From: Candidatus Cloacimonadales bacterium
Lineage (GTDB): Bacteria; Cloacimonadota; Cloacimonadia; Cloacimonadales; JAFGVF01
DNA length: 64,000 nucleotides
Direction: 5' to 3'
NCBI GenBank assembly: GCA_963663475.2
Contig: CAXXJV010000001.1
Location: forward strand, 256,001-320,000
Shown: piece after piece, positions 28,289 through 37,986 of the stretch
Layout: every line of letters begins with the position of its first letter
Position numbering within the stretch: position 1 is the stretch's first letter
Notes under the pieces: model-generated
The model's database searches: none
Seen by the model: the letters and a program-made list of their open reading frames with translations, nothing else
What the model was told of the DNA's origin: nothing
Position numbers and translations under genes: made by a program

Positions 28289-30307
28289 TTATTTTAATTT
28301 ATTATCTACTAATTTGTCAATAAGTTTATCATCTGACAGGAATGGGATTGTGATATGTCCCTGTCCTTCATGTTTTTCATTCCATTCAGCTGATGTCTTA
28401 ATAGCATTCTCATTTCTTGCCCAATTACGACGAGCAACACCACCCATTACATCCCAAGAAAGAGCACTTTTAATAATTTCATCCATTCTCTTAGAACCAT
28501 CAAGTACAATACCATTTCCACCATTGATAGATCTACCTATGCCAACTCCTCCACCATTAGAAAGTACTACTAAAGACATTCCTCTAGCAATATTTCCACC
28601 AAAACAGTGGGTTGCCATATCTGCCATTACATTAGAGCCATCATAAATGTTAGAAGTTTCTCTGAAAGGTGAATCTGTACCTGAAACATCATGATGATCT
28701 CTACCAAGCATTACAGGTCCAATGAGACCCTTTCTAATTGCTTCGTTGAATTTAAGGGCAATTTTAACCCTTCCTTCTTCATCAGCATATAAAATACGTG
28801 CTTTTGTGCCAACAACTAAAGCATTCTCTTCAGCTGTTGCTATCCAGTGATAATTGTCTCTATCTAAAGAACATCTCTTAGGGTCAATACAATCCATGGC
28901 AATTTGGTCTGTCTTACGTAAATCTTCATCTTCTCTTGATAAGCAAACCCATCTGAAAGGTCCATAACCATTATCAAAGCAGATTGGTCCCATGATATCT
29001 TCAACATAAGATGGCCATATAAAGCCTTCATTAGTGTTTTGTCCGTTTTTAGCAATATCTTTTGCACCTGCATCAAAAATAGATGCCATAAAACTATTGC
29101 CATAATCCCAGAAATAAGCACCTTTAGCTGTAAGTCTCTTTAAAACTTCATAGTGTCTAATTAGAGAAGCATCTACTAGTTCTTTGAATTTCCCTAAATC
29201 TTCCTTAATTAACTTTCTACCTTCATCGAAAGCTATTCCAGCAGGAGTGTAGCCACCATCATAAACAGCGTGACATGATGTTTGATCAGAAAGAAGTTCA
29301 ACATTTAGATCATTAGCATCAATATATTCTAGTAAGTCAACCACATTACCATGGTAAGCAATTGAGATTGGTTTTTCTAATCTTCTATACTCTTCTATCC
29401 AGTCTTTAATTTCAGCCAAATTATCAGATACTTTTGATACCCAGCCTTGCTCATAACGAGTCTCAATTCTAGATTGGTCAACTTCGGCTACCACACAGAT
29501 ACCACCAGCAATTTCACATGCTTTAGGTTGGGCACCAGACATACCACCAAGACCTGATGTTAAGAATATTTTACCTTTTAAATCTTTATCTTCAGGAATT
29601 CCTAGATACTTTCTACCTGCATTAAGAAGAGTAATATAAGTTCCATGCACAATACCTTGAGGTCCGATATACATCCAACCACCAGCAGTCATTTGACCAT
29701 AATTAGCAACACCAAGAGCAGTTAATCTTTTGAAATCATCAGGATTATCCCATTTACCTACAACTAAACCGTTAGTATTAATCACACGTGGTGCTTCAGG
29801 TTTGGAAGGGAAGAGTCCAACTGGATGACCAGAAGCAACAACTAATGTTTGATCTTCTGTCATTATCTCTAGATATTTTTTAACTAATTGATACTGCATC
29901 CAGTTTTGAAAGATTTGGCCAGTTTCACCATAAGTAACTAATTCATAAGGATAAAGAGCTATATCAAAGTCAAGATTATTATCAATCATAACTTGCATAG
30001 CCTTAGCAGCAGTAATACCTTTATATTCATTAATAGGCTTACCGATTAAGCTTCCTTGAGGACGATATCTATAACCATAGATTCTGCCCATTGTCATAAG
30101 TTCTTCTAAAAACTCAGGAGCAATTTCTTCATGTAAATGCTCTGGAATATAGCGAAGCGCATTCTTCAAAGCAATCTTAATTTCTGTTTTAGAAAGATTC
30201 AATCCCCTATCAGGAGCTCTCCTCTTGCTAGGATCAAACTCTGCTTTGGGAGGTAATTGATCCCCTAATTTTACTTTAATAGCTTTTTTGTAGTCAAAGT
30301 CAATCAT
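28289..30307 (-). CDS. hutU: Urocanate hydratase (long ~670-aa type)
   Basis: YGQMTAGGWMYIGPQGIVHGT, GLGGMSGAQP, SDQTSCH, GRDHHDVSGTDSPFRET. Confidence 0.96.
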   Translation of the reverse strand: MIDFDYKKAIKVKLGDQLPPKAEFDPSKRRAPDRGLNLSKTEIKIALKNALRYIPEHLHEEIAPEFLEELMTMGRIYGYRYRPQGSLIGKPINEYKGITAAKAMQVMIDNNLDFDIALYPYELVTYGETGQIFQNWMQYQLVKKYLEIMTEDQTLVVASGHPVGLFPSKPEAPRVINTNGLVVGKWDNPDDFKRLTALGVANYGQMTAGGWMYIGPQGIVHGTYITLLNAGRKYLGIPEDKDLKGKIFLTSGLGGMSGAQPKACEIAGGICVVAEVDQSRIETRYEQGWVSKVSDNLAEIKDWIEEYRRLEKPISIAYHGNVVDLLEYIDANDLNVELLSDQTSCHAVYDGGYTPAGIAFDEGRKLIKEDLGKFKELVDASLIRHYEVLKRLTAKGAYFWDYGNSFMASIFDAGAKDIAKNGQNTNEGFIWPSYVEDIMGPICFDNGYGPFRWVCLSREDEDLRKTDQIAMDCIDPKRCSLDRDNYHWIATAEENALVVGTKARILYADEEGRVKIALKFNEAIRKGLIGPVMLGRDHHDVSGTDSPFRETSNIYDGSNVMADMATHCFGGNIARGMSLVVLSNGGGVGIGRSINGGNGIVLDGSKRMDEIIKSALSWDVMGGVARRNWARNENAIKTSAEWNEKHEGQGHITIPFLSDDKLIDKLVDNKLK

Positions 30308-30324
30308 TGTAATTCTCCATTTTT

Positions 30325-31611
30325 TTATTTATTTTCTTTTTCTAACATCACTTTTAATATTGATTTATCTACCTCTTTCATGCCACCTAGTACGATTTTA
30401 CCAAGGTTTTTAAATGAGTCTTCTACACCTGCTCCATTTATACCTTCATAATCGTTAACACAAATATTAGACATACCTAAAATTGCACTATTTAAAGCAG
30501 TTCTTACACCTGTAGCTACCTTCAAAGAACAACCTAATTTAGCACCATCACAAATCATTCCAGCAATATCTCCAATAACATTCTGAATAGCAGCCTCAAT
30601 ATTTCTCTCTTGACCGCCCAAGATAAAGACTGCTCCAGCACTTATACCAATGGCAGCATTAACAATACCACATAGAGCAGATAATATTCCAAAATAACTT
30701 TTCACATGAATTGAAGTAAGGTGTGAAATTGCTATAGCTTGCAGTAGTTTATGTCTCTCAACTTTTAACCTTTCACCTAAGGCTATCAGAGGTACAGTGA
30801 GAGTGATTCCTTGATTTCCAGAACCTGAATTTGCCATTGCAGGTAGAGGACAACCACTCATTCTAGCTTCGCTACCAGCTACGGTTAGCATAGTTGCATA
30901 ATTCACTATACCATCACCAAAGAGTCCATTATCAATATTTTCTTGGATAGATTTAGCAATTCCATAACCAGAATTATTCTCCATTCCATATTTTGCTATT
31001 TCAAAATTCTTGGAAATAACTTCCTCTAAAAAGGCAAGTTCTTCTTCACCTGCTACTGATACTGCTGAAACAATATCAGAAATCTGCATGACTTGTCTGA
31101 TATCATCACTCTTAGTAATTGCTTCAATTCTATCATTTTCTTGTAAAATCATATCATCAATTGATAATTTATAGAGATTAGTATGTTTACCTTGCATAAT
31201 AGCTACAGCTTTATGATCTTGGGAATAGGCGATGACTTCTATCCAAAACAGTTCATCAGAGGGACTCATCTTGATTTCAATAATATCTCTTTCAATTAAA
31301 TCATAGGCATCTTTAATATTATCTTCATCTACATGCTGAAGGACTTCAAGTTGAAGTTCAGGTAATCCAGCTACAGCAGCTAGTGCTACTGCCATTTTAA
31401 TGCCTCTCTCATTTGTTCCCGGAATACCAACTCCTAGAGCATTTTTTAGTATATTTTGACTAAGAAAAACCTCGATTTTATTTATAGGTTGGGTCAATAT
31501 ACTAGTTACATATGCAGTTGCTAAAGCAATTGCAATTGGTTCAGTACAGCCTTGAGCTGGTGCTATATCTGTTTTTAATATAGAAATAATATCATCTTTT
31601 TTTATCATCAA
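30325..31611 (-). CDS. L-cysteine desulfidase / serine dehydratase alpha-like (YhaM/CdsB family)
   Basis: GCTEPIA, NILKNALGVGIPG, ARMSG...NSGSGNQG, LSALCG, GMICDGAK.GC..KV. Confidence 0.85.
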   Translation of the reverse strand: MMIKKDDIISILKTDIAPAQGCTEPIAIALATAYVTSILTQPINKIEVFLSQNILKNALGVGIPGTNERGIKMAVALAAVAGLPELQLEVLQHVDEDNIKDAYDLIERDIIEIKMSPSDELFWIEVIAYSQDHKAVAIMQGKHTNLYKLSIDDMILQENDRIEAITKSDDIRQVMQISDIVSAVSVAGEEELAFLEEVISKNFEIAKYGMENNSGYGIAKSIQENIDNGLFGDGIVNYATMLTVAGSEARMSGCPLPAMANSGSGNQGITLTVPLIALGERLKVERHKLLQAIAISHLTSIHVKSYFGILSALCGIVNAAIGISAGAVFILGGQERNIEAAIQNVIGDIAGMICDGAKLGCSLKVATGVRTALNSAILGMSNICVNDYEGINGAGVEDSFKNLGKIVLGGMKEVDKSILKVMLEKENK

Positions 31612-31616
31612 AACCT

Positions 31617-32243
31617 CTATTTATCAATAATTCTTAAATTCTGTTTATATCTCTTGTTGAAAGGATCCAATTCAAGAGCTTTTTTTATATAATCTTTGGC
31701 AGCCTCTTTCTTTTTAAGAGTGAAATGAATAGAAGCTAAATTATTGTAAGCAAGTGCCTCATCTGGGTTAGCCTCTATTGCCTTGTTTAACAAGTCAATT
31801 GCTTGGTCATATTTTTTCTTTAAGGTCTTTTCTTCTGCAGCTTTAATATATTCTTGCCCTACCACAAACTTTTCTCTAATATCTTCATTATTGAGGATAT
31901 CATAAAGATGGATAAATTCTTGATTGGAAGGAAATTGAAGTCTTATTTTCTCACAAATTTCCAGGGCTTCTTCCCACTTACGAAGCATCATACAAACCCA
32001 TAACATCATGGAAAGAGCCATTTCATTATCACCATATTCGGCTAAGATCTGACTTAAATAGGGATATGCTTGTGAATATTTTCCAAGAGCTGATAAAGCA
32101 ACAACATAGTTGAATATTATTGAGACTTCTTGTGATATCAGAAGAGCTTTTTCAAAATGTTTTAATGCTTTCTCATGCTTTCCCTTACGTAGGTTCTTAT
32201 ATCCCAAGTATTGATATAACTTGAGTTTTAATATATCTATCAT
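31617..32243 (-). CDS. TPR repeat protein (start probably ATG 32243)
   Basis: Repeated TPR patterns e.g. AYNNLASIH...A...IKKALELDP; GGGAG RBS. Confidence 0.8.
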   Translation of the reverse strand: MIDILKLKLYQYLGYKNLRKGKHEKALKHFEKALLISQEVSIIFNYVVALSALGKYSQAYPYLSQILAEYGDNEMALSMMLWVCMMLRKWEEALEICEKIRLQFPSNQEFIHLYDILNNEDIREKFVVGQEYIKAAEEKTLKKKYDQAIDLLNKAIEANPDEALAYNNLASIHFTLKKKEAAKDYIKKALELDPFNKRYKQNLRIIDK

Positions 32244-32337
32244 TACTTTTACTCCCAATAAACTTACAATTTTATACTATATCTCAACTTATCACCAAGT
32301 AGGATAAATATAAACTATATACATTTAATTATTTTTA

Positions 32338-32500
32338 ACCCAAATGGAGCAATAGAGCTTTTCAGAAGAGTGCAAAATCTTTTAGCAAAATAGCTTACAG
32401 AATTATGACGCATATAATATATATATTCGGAAGAATTATGTAAGTTACTTTTGCAAAAGAATATAGTGCTATTTTCAAAGATCTATTGCATTATTTGGGT
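32338..32500 (+). mobile_element. Family-A fold-back MITE, full length
   Basis: TTA|acccaaat...atttgggt|TTA. Confidence 0.87.
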
Positions 32501-32593
32501 TTAAGGTATTATTCCAGAATAATATTTAATTTAGAATACCATTATTGTCAAGATTTAATTAGACACTCAAATATTCTACTTATTAAAAGATTT

Positions 32594-33071
32594 GGCTCTT
32601 GTTCAAGTCTGGTGGTGAATAAGAGACTTTCATTATAGCATATTGCTTAAATAATAGAAAGTTACAAGTAAGAATATACTGTTAAGAGTATGTTTTGTTT
32701 GATGATAAGTACTAAATCCTGAAGGGATAAGTCTTAAATCCTCAAAGGGGATAAATAGTTTAGCCCAGGGTAAATTCCTGAAGGGAATGCAAGCCTGGGT
32801 ACTGGTGATGAAAAACAAAGCCTAACCCTGAAAGGGTTAAATAACATCATATATACCATAGACTTATACAATAATATATTATTTATCATTTTATTAAACC
32901 CTTACAGGGTAACATCTTTGGGCTAGCCATCATTACCCAGGGTTGCGATACTTTCAGCATCTTACCCTGGGCTAAATTATTTTATCCCTTTCAGGGATTT
33001 TTGATGAATTAATATAGTAATGAAATATTCTCATTTTCCTATATTATTCCCACCAGACTTGAACTTGAGCC
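32594..33071. mobile_element. Family-B non-autonomous element bounded by 22-bp inverted repeats and containing a family-C palindrome
   Basis: ggctcttgttcaagtctggtgg (32594-32615) and ccaccagacttgaacttgagcc (33050-33071), 20/22 match; no transposase inside. Confidence 0.65.
32714..33000. repeat. Family-C inverted hairpin cluster, complete
   Basis: Left arm ...ggggataaatagtttagcccagggtaa...cctgggt...accctgaaagggtt mirrored by aacccttacagggt...acccagggttgc...ttaccctgggctaaa...tatccctttcagggat. Confidence 0.8.
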
Positions 33072-33120
33072 GAATATTCTGCTAGTCACAAAAGGCGACT
33101 ACACTATTTGGGCTAAAAGC

Positions 33121-33149
33121 AAAAAACCTGAAGCATGTTCAGGTTTTTT
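33121..33149. terminator. Bidirectional-type terminator downstream of purB
   Basis: aaaaaacctgaa-gcatg-ttcaggtttttt. Confidence 0.75.
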
Positions 33150-33169
33150 ATATATTATGGTTTATTTTA

Positions 33170-33234
33170 ACCGAATGGTAGAGTAGAACTTTGATGAAGA
33201 GTGCTATTGGCAAAGGTCTCCTGCATTATTGGAT
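33170..33234 (+). mobile_element. Mini family-A MITE (internal deletion) abutting purB stop
   Basis: TTA|accgaatgg...gagtgctattggcaaaggtctcctgcattattggat|TTA; right TTA is the purB stop codon. Confidence 0.8.
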
Positions 33235-34542
33235 TTAATCTTTTAACACACCAGATCTTCTCAAGATGAAATCAACATTCTGAATATATCTATCATAAGA
33301 AAAGACTTCATCAAAATCTTCTTTGGAAATAACATTCATAATTTCTGTATCATTTAAGATTAATTCTTTGAAGTTTGCTCCTTCTTCCCAAGCCTTCATA
33401 GCATTTCTTTGGACCATAGCATAAGAATCTTCCCTGCTTACTCCTCTAGAAGCTAATTTCAATAATAAAACTTGTGAGAAAACTAAACCACCTGTTAGTT
33501 CAAGATTCTTAGCGATATTCTCTTCATAAACAGCTAAATTATCGATAAGAGCAATCATTTTCCCTAACATATAATGAACTAGAATAGTAGTATCTGGTAA
33601 GATAACTCTTTCAACTGAGGAATGAGAAATATCTCTTTCATGCCAGAGAGCATTATTTTCTATAGCTGCCATAGCATTAGAGCGAATTAATCTAGCAAGA
33701 CCTGTCATTTGTTCAGTAACAATAGGATTTCTTTTGTGAGGCATAGCAGAAGAACCTTTCTGACCTTTAGTAAATCTTTCTTCAGCTTCTCTGACTTCAG
33801 TTCTTTGTAAATGTCTTATTTCGATAGCTATTTTCTCAATTGAGGAAGCAATAATAGCCAAGCTAGTAAGGAATTCTGCATGTCTATCACGTTGGATAAC
33901 CTGAGTTGAAATATTTACAGGTTTTAGGTCTAGATGCTTACAAGCAAGTTCTTCAATTTCAGGAGAAAGGTGGGCATAATTACCTACAGCACCAGATATT
34001 TGTCCAACTGAAACAACTTTAATAGCTGATTTCATTCTAGCTATATTACGATTCATTTCATCAAACCAAAGAGTAAATTTAAGTCCAAAAGAAGTTGGTT
34101 CTGCATGAATCCCATGAGAGCGACCTATACAAACTGTATCTTTGTATTTAATAGCTTTTAATCTTAAAGATTCGGCAAAACTTTCTAGTTCATTCAGAAT
34201 AAGTAAGCCAGCTTGTTTGCATTGGATAGCAGTAGCTGTATCAAGAACATCTGAGGATGTCATACCGTAATGAATCCATCGAGAAGAAGGTCCTACATAC
34301 TCAGCTACATTTGTTAGAAAAGCTATGATATCGTGTTTTGTAGTTAACTCAATTTCATCAATTCTAGCAACTTCAAAATCTGCTTTTTCAATAATGTTTT
34401 TTAAATCTTCGTCAGGGATAATTCCCTTTTCATTCATTGCTTTACAAGCAGCGATTTCGACATCTAACCAGCATTGATAACGGTTTTGCATACCCCAAAT
34501 TGATGACATCTCAGGGCGGGAATATCTGGCAATCATTTTCAA
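33235..34542 (-). CDS. purB: Adenylosuccinate lyase
   Basis: IHYGMTSSD, GRSHGIHAEP, GSSAMPHKRNP, LWHERDISHSS. Confidence 0.97.
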   Translation of the reverse strand: MKMIARYSRPEMSSIWGMQNRYQCWLDVEIAACKAMNEKGIIPDEDLKNIIEKADFEVARIDEIELTTKHDIIAFLTNVAEYVGPSSRWIHYGMTSSDVLDTATAIQCKQAGLLILNELESFAESLRLKAIKYKDTVCIGRSHGIHAEPTSFGLKFTLWFDEMNRNIARMKSAIKVVSVGQISGAVGNYAHLSPEIEELACKHLDLKPVNISTQVIQRDRHAEFLTSLAIIASSIEKIAIEIRHLQRTEVREAEERFTKGQKGSSAMPHKRNPIVTEQMTGLARLIRSNAMAAIENNALWHERDISHSSVERVILPDTTILVHYMLGKMIALIDNLAVYEENIAKNLELTGGLVFSQVLLLKLASRGVSREDSYAMVQRNAMKAWEEGANFKELILNDTEIMNVISKEDFDEVFSYDRYIQNVDFILRRSGVLKD

Positions 34543-34563
34543 ACTCCTAGTCTATTTTATTAA

Positions 34564-35187
34564 TTATTTTTTTTGTAATATTATAGGTTTAATCTCAAAT
34601 TCACCTTGTTGAAAAAGGTCAAAATCTATATTAACATCAGCTTTTTGTGAAGCTAATTCTATGCGAGATAAATCTGGACCTCTATAAATTAAGTTAAGGC
34701 TTTCTTGGTTGACTTTGATTTTACTTAATCTATAGAAATCATCAAATTCAAACTGGATGATAGCGATAGTAAAGGCTTTATTCTTAATAATTTCATCAAT
34801 AATCCCTTGAGGTAATTTAGAAAAATCTAATAGTTCTTGCAAGGGAATTTTATCAAAGACCATATCGGGGAATAGTCCTTTATTATAGTTAGTAATAATA
34901 GCAGAATCTTTAACATATAGACTTGCAAATGGTGAAGGTATTAATGAGAATATACCTGAATCAAGAACATCAAGTCTTAAGCTATTATGATTTTTTATAA
35001 TAAGAAATTCTTTCTTTAAGGAGAGTCCTTTAAAAGATACTTCAAGTACTCCCTCTCCCTTAAAGTTATTAAGATATGCTAAATTATGCCTAACCAAGTT
35101 TTCTTTATCTTGATAGGACATTTCTTTCAGAGTAGAACATCCAGCTAAAAGAATCAATATAAGTATAATAAATATGTTTCTTTTCAT
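34564..35187 (-). CDS. Lipoprotein of unknown function
   Basis: Lipobox LLAGC; beta-rich; directly downstream of lgt. Confidence 0.7.
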   Translation of the reverse strand: MKRNIFIILILILLAGCSTLKEMSYQDKENLVRHNLAYLNNFKGEGVLEVSFKGLSLKKEFLIIKNHNSLRLDVLDSGIFSLIPSPFASLYVKDSAIITNYNKGLFPDMVFDKIPLQELLDFSKLPQGIIDEIIKNKAFTIAIIQFEFDDFYRLSKIKVNQESLNLIYRGPDLSRIELASQKADVNIDFDLFQQGEFEIKPIILQKK

Positions 35188-35993
35188 TTATTTTTCCTAT
35201 ATAAGAATATGATACCTATTATTCCGGCAATAACCATAATTGAGCTTAGGAACTGACCTTGAGACATAGGTAAAAAACCATAGAGAAGTCCGTTTGGATA
35301 TAGAGATTCAATATTATCAGGAAGTCTAATAAATTCTAATAAGAACCTAGCTACTCCGTAAAGAATAAAGAAAGTCCAAAATACTAAACCTTCTTTTTTA
35401 ACATGTTTAACCATATACTGTAAAACAAAGAACATCAAAATACCTTCGAATAGCATTTCATAAAGCTGTGAAGGGTGTCTAGCAATTTCTTGTCCAGGGA
35501 AAACAACTCCCCAGGGTAAGTCAGTAGGAGAGCCATAGAGTTCTGCATTGATGAAGTTTCCTAATCTGCCTAGTCCTAAACCAATAGCTGCCCAAGGCAT
35601 TACTACGTCAGCTCCTCCTAAGAAACTAATCTTTTCTTTCCGAGCAAAAATATAACCTGCGATTATAACACCTAAAAATCCTCCATGAAAAGACATTCCA
35701 CCTTGATGGACATAAAATAGGCTGAGTGGATTAGCAAGAAACTCGGGAAGGGCATAGAAGAGCATATAGCCAAAACGTCCACCAATAATGACTCCAAGAG
35801 CGATATAAAAAATAAGATCACTATATTTTTCTTTAGAAATATTAATATTTCTGTAGTGCAAATTCTTTCGCACAAAGATATAACCTAAGGCAAAAGAGAT
35901 TAAGTAGAGTAAGCCATAATATCTTATTTCCAAAGGGAAATTGCCTATTTGAAATTTTACAATATATGGTTTTATATCAGGGAATTGAATCAT
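35184..35993 (-). CDS. lgt: Prolipoprotein diacylglyceryl transferase (start moved to ATG 35993)
   Basis: RYYG, GGR.GY, GGMSFHGG, GRLGNFINAELYG, RHPSQLYE, RF..EF.R.PD. Confidence 0.96.
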   Translation of the reverse strand: MIQFPDIKPYIVKFQIGNFPLEIRYYGLLYLISFALGYIFVRKNLHYRNINISKEKYSDLIFYIALGVIIGGRFGYMLFYALPEFLANPLSLFYVHQGGMSFHGGFLGVIIAGYIFARKEKISFLGGADVVMPWAAIGLGLGRLGNFINAELYGSPTDLPWGVVFPGQEIARHPSQLYEMLFEGILMFFVLQYMVKHVKKEGLVFWTFFILYGVARFLLEFIRLPDNIESLYPNGLLYGFLPMSQGQFLSSIMVIAGIIGIIFLYRKNK

Positions 35994-36055
35994 TTTATAT
36001 CTCCTCTGAGAATAAAAAAAAGCGACCAACTATTCCAGCAGGTCGCTATTATATA

Positions 36056-36838
36056 TTAAACTGTTAACTTCTTTAATCTGTCAATAATTAAGTCTGCACT
36101 TTCTTCAGGAGATCCTTCAAACTTCTGTCCTTCTTTATGGCTTTCAGGTGAGAAGATTTCAACAACTTGGGTAGGAGATCCATTAAGTCCAATAGTTTTC
36201 TCATCAAGTTCTAGCATTTCAGCATTCCATACTTGAGCAAGAGCTTTACGAGCATTTCTTTTACCTCTGAGTGAAGGTAATCTTGGAGTATTTATTTCTT
36301 TAACGACTGTTATGATAGCTGGAAGAGTCATTTCTACAACATCATAGCCATCTTCCATAAGTCTTTGGCAGGTTAATTTACCTTCTTCAATACCTTCAAT
36401 CTTACGAACAAAGCAGGTTTGAGGGAGTTTAAGGTGAGTAGCAACTCCTGGTCCTACTTGAGCAGTATCACCATCAATTGCTTGTTGTCCAAAAAGGACT
36501 AAATCAAAATCACCAATCTTCCTGATTGCTGCAGCCAGGGTATTACTTGTAGCCCAAGTATCAGCGCCAGCGAACTTTCTATCAGACAGGAGAACTATTT
36601 CGTCTGCACCTAAAGAGATAGCTTCTTTAAGGACACTATCAGCTTGAGGAGGTCCCATAGTAATTGCAGTAATTTTACCGCCATAAGTTTCTTTTAATCT
36701 GATGGCTTCTTCAAGAGCATAAGTATCAAAAGGATTTAAGATACTTTCTACTCCTTCTCTAATTAAAGTGTTTGTTACAGGATCAATTTTTATATCATTT
36801 GTATCAGGAACCTGTTTAATACATACTATAATATTCAT
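36056..36838 (-). CDS. etfB: Electron transfer flavoprotein beta subunit
   Basis: IVCIKQVPD, NPFD.YA.EEA, FAGADTWAT, G.QAIDGDTAQVGP. Confidence 0.95.
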   Translation of the reverse strand: MNIIVCIKQVPDTNDIKIDPVTNTLIREGVESILNPFDTYALEEAIRLKETYGGKITAITMGPPQADSVLKEAISLGADEIVLLSDRKFAGADTWATSNTLAAAIRKIGDFDLVLFGQQAIDGDTAQVGPGVATHLKLPQTCFVRKIEGIEEGKLTCQRLMEDGYDVVEMTLPAIITVVKEINTPRLPSLRGKRNARKALAQVWNAEMLELDEKTIGLNGSPTQVVEIFSPESHKEGQKFEGSPEESADLIIDRLKKLTV

Positions 36839-36851
36839 TAGTTAATTCCTC

Positions 36852-37958
36852 TTATTTTTGATAAAATTCTTTAATTTTTTCTATTACAAAAAGTTGGTGT
36901 TCTTCTGGAAGTTCTGTATAAATTGGAATAGAGATAGCCTTTTTAGCTAAAGCTTCAGAAACAGGAAGGTCGCCTTCTTGATATCCTAAGTCTTCAAAAC
37001 ATTCTTGAATATGCAATGGTTTAGGATAATAAATAGCGCATCCAATTTCATTTTCTTGTAAGAAGGCCATTAATTCATCTCTTCTTTCAGCTTGAAGGGT
37101 AAATTGATTATAAACAGTGGTTGCCTTTTCATGAATACGAGGAAGCTTTATACCTTTAACATCTGCTAATTTTTCATAGTAAAGTTCAGCATTCTTTCTT
37201 CTGCCTTGAGACCATGTTTCGAGATATTTAATCTTAACATTAAGCACTGCTGCTTGTAGAGTATCTAAACGACTATTATAACCAACCCACTTATGAATAT
37301 ATTTAGGGTTTTCTCCATGTTTTCTAAGTTGAGCTAAATCTTTAGCTAATTGTTGGTCTTGAGTTAAACACATTCCTCCATCTCCCATACAGCCTAAATT
37401 CTTACTAGGAAAGAAAGAAAGAGTTCCTATATGGCCTATAGTACCAGAAGCTTTACCTGCAAATTTTGAACCAATTCCTTGGGCATTATCTTCAATAACT
37501 TTTAGATTATGTTTATCTGCGATAGCCATAATTTTATCCATTTCAGCAGGTTGACCAAACAAATGAACAGGGATAATAGCTTTTGTTTTATCTGTAATTG
37601 CTGCTTCTATCAAATCAGCATTTATGTTAAAAGTATCTTCATCAACATCGACAAATACAGGTTTTGCTCCTACACGAGAGATTGAACCTGCAGTAGCAAA
37701 GAAGGTAAAAGGAGTAGTGATAACTTCATCCCCAGGTCCTACTTTTAAAGCTCTAAGAGCTAAGACTAAGGCATCTGTACCTGAAGCACATGATATAGCA
37801 TGTTGAGATGCTAAGTATTCTTCCATTGTCTCTTCAAATTCTTTAACCTGATTTCCTAAAATATAATTATGTTGAGCAAAAACTTTATCCATTTCTGCTC
37901 TTATCTCGCCCATAATGTTTTCATATTGTGCGTGTAAGTCTAGTAATTGTACTTTCAT
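36852..37958 (-). CDS. DegT/DnrJ/EryC1/StrS family sugar aminotransferase
   Basis: SGTDAL, PVHLFGQ, IEDNAQ, SFFPSKNLG..GDGG, GYNSRLD. Confidence 0.93.
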   Translation of the reverse strand: MKVQLLDLHAQYENIMGEIRAEMDKVFAQHNYILGNQVKEFEETMEEYLASQHAISCASGTDALVLALRALKVGPGDEVITTPFTFFATAGSISRVGAKPVFVDVDEDTFNINADLIEAAITDKTKAIIPVHLFGQPAEMDKIMAIADKHNLKVIEDNAQGIGSKFAGKASGTIGHIGTLSFFPSKNLGCMGDGGMCLTQDQQLAKDLAQLRKHGENPKYIHKWVGYNSRLDTLQAAVLNVKIKYLETWSQGRRKNAELYYEKLADVKGIKLPRIHEKATTVYNQFTLQAERRDELMAFLQENEIGCAIYYPKPLHIQECFEDLGYQEGDLPVSEALAKKAISIPIYTELPEEHQLFVIEKIKEFYQK

Positions 37959-37986
37959 ATTATCTCCATAAACATGCTTTTTTGTG

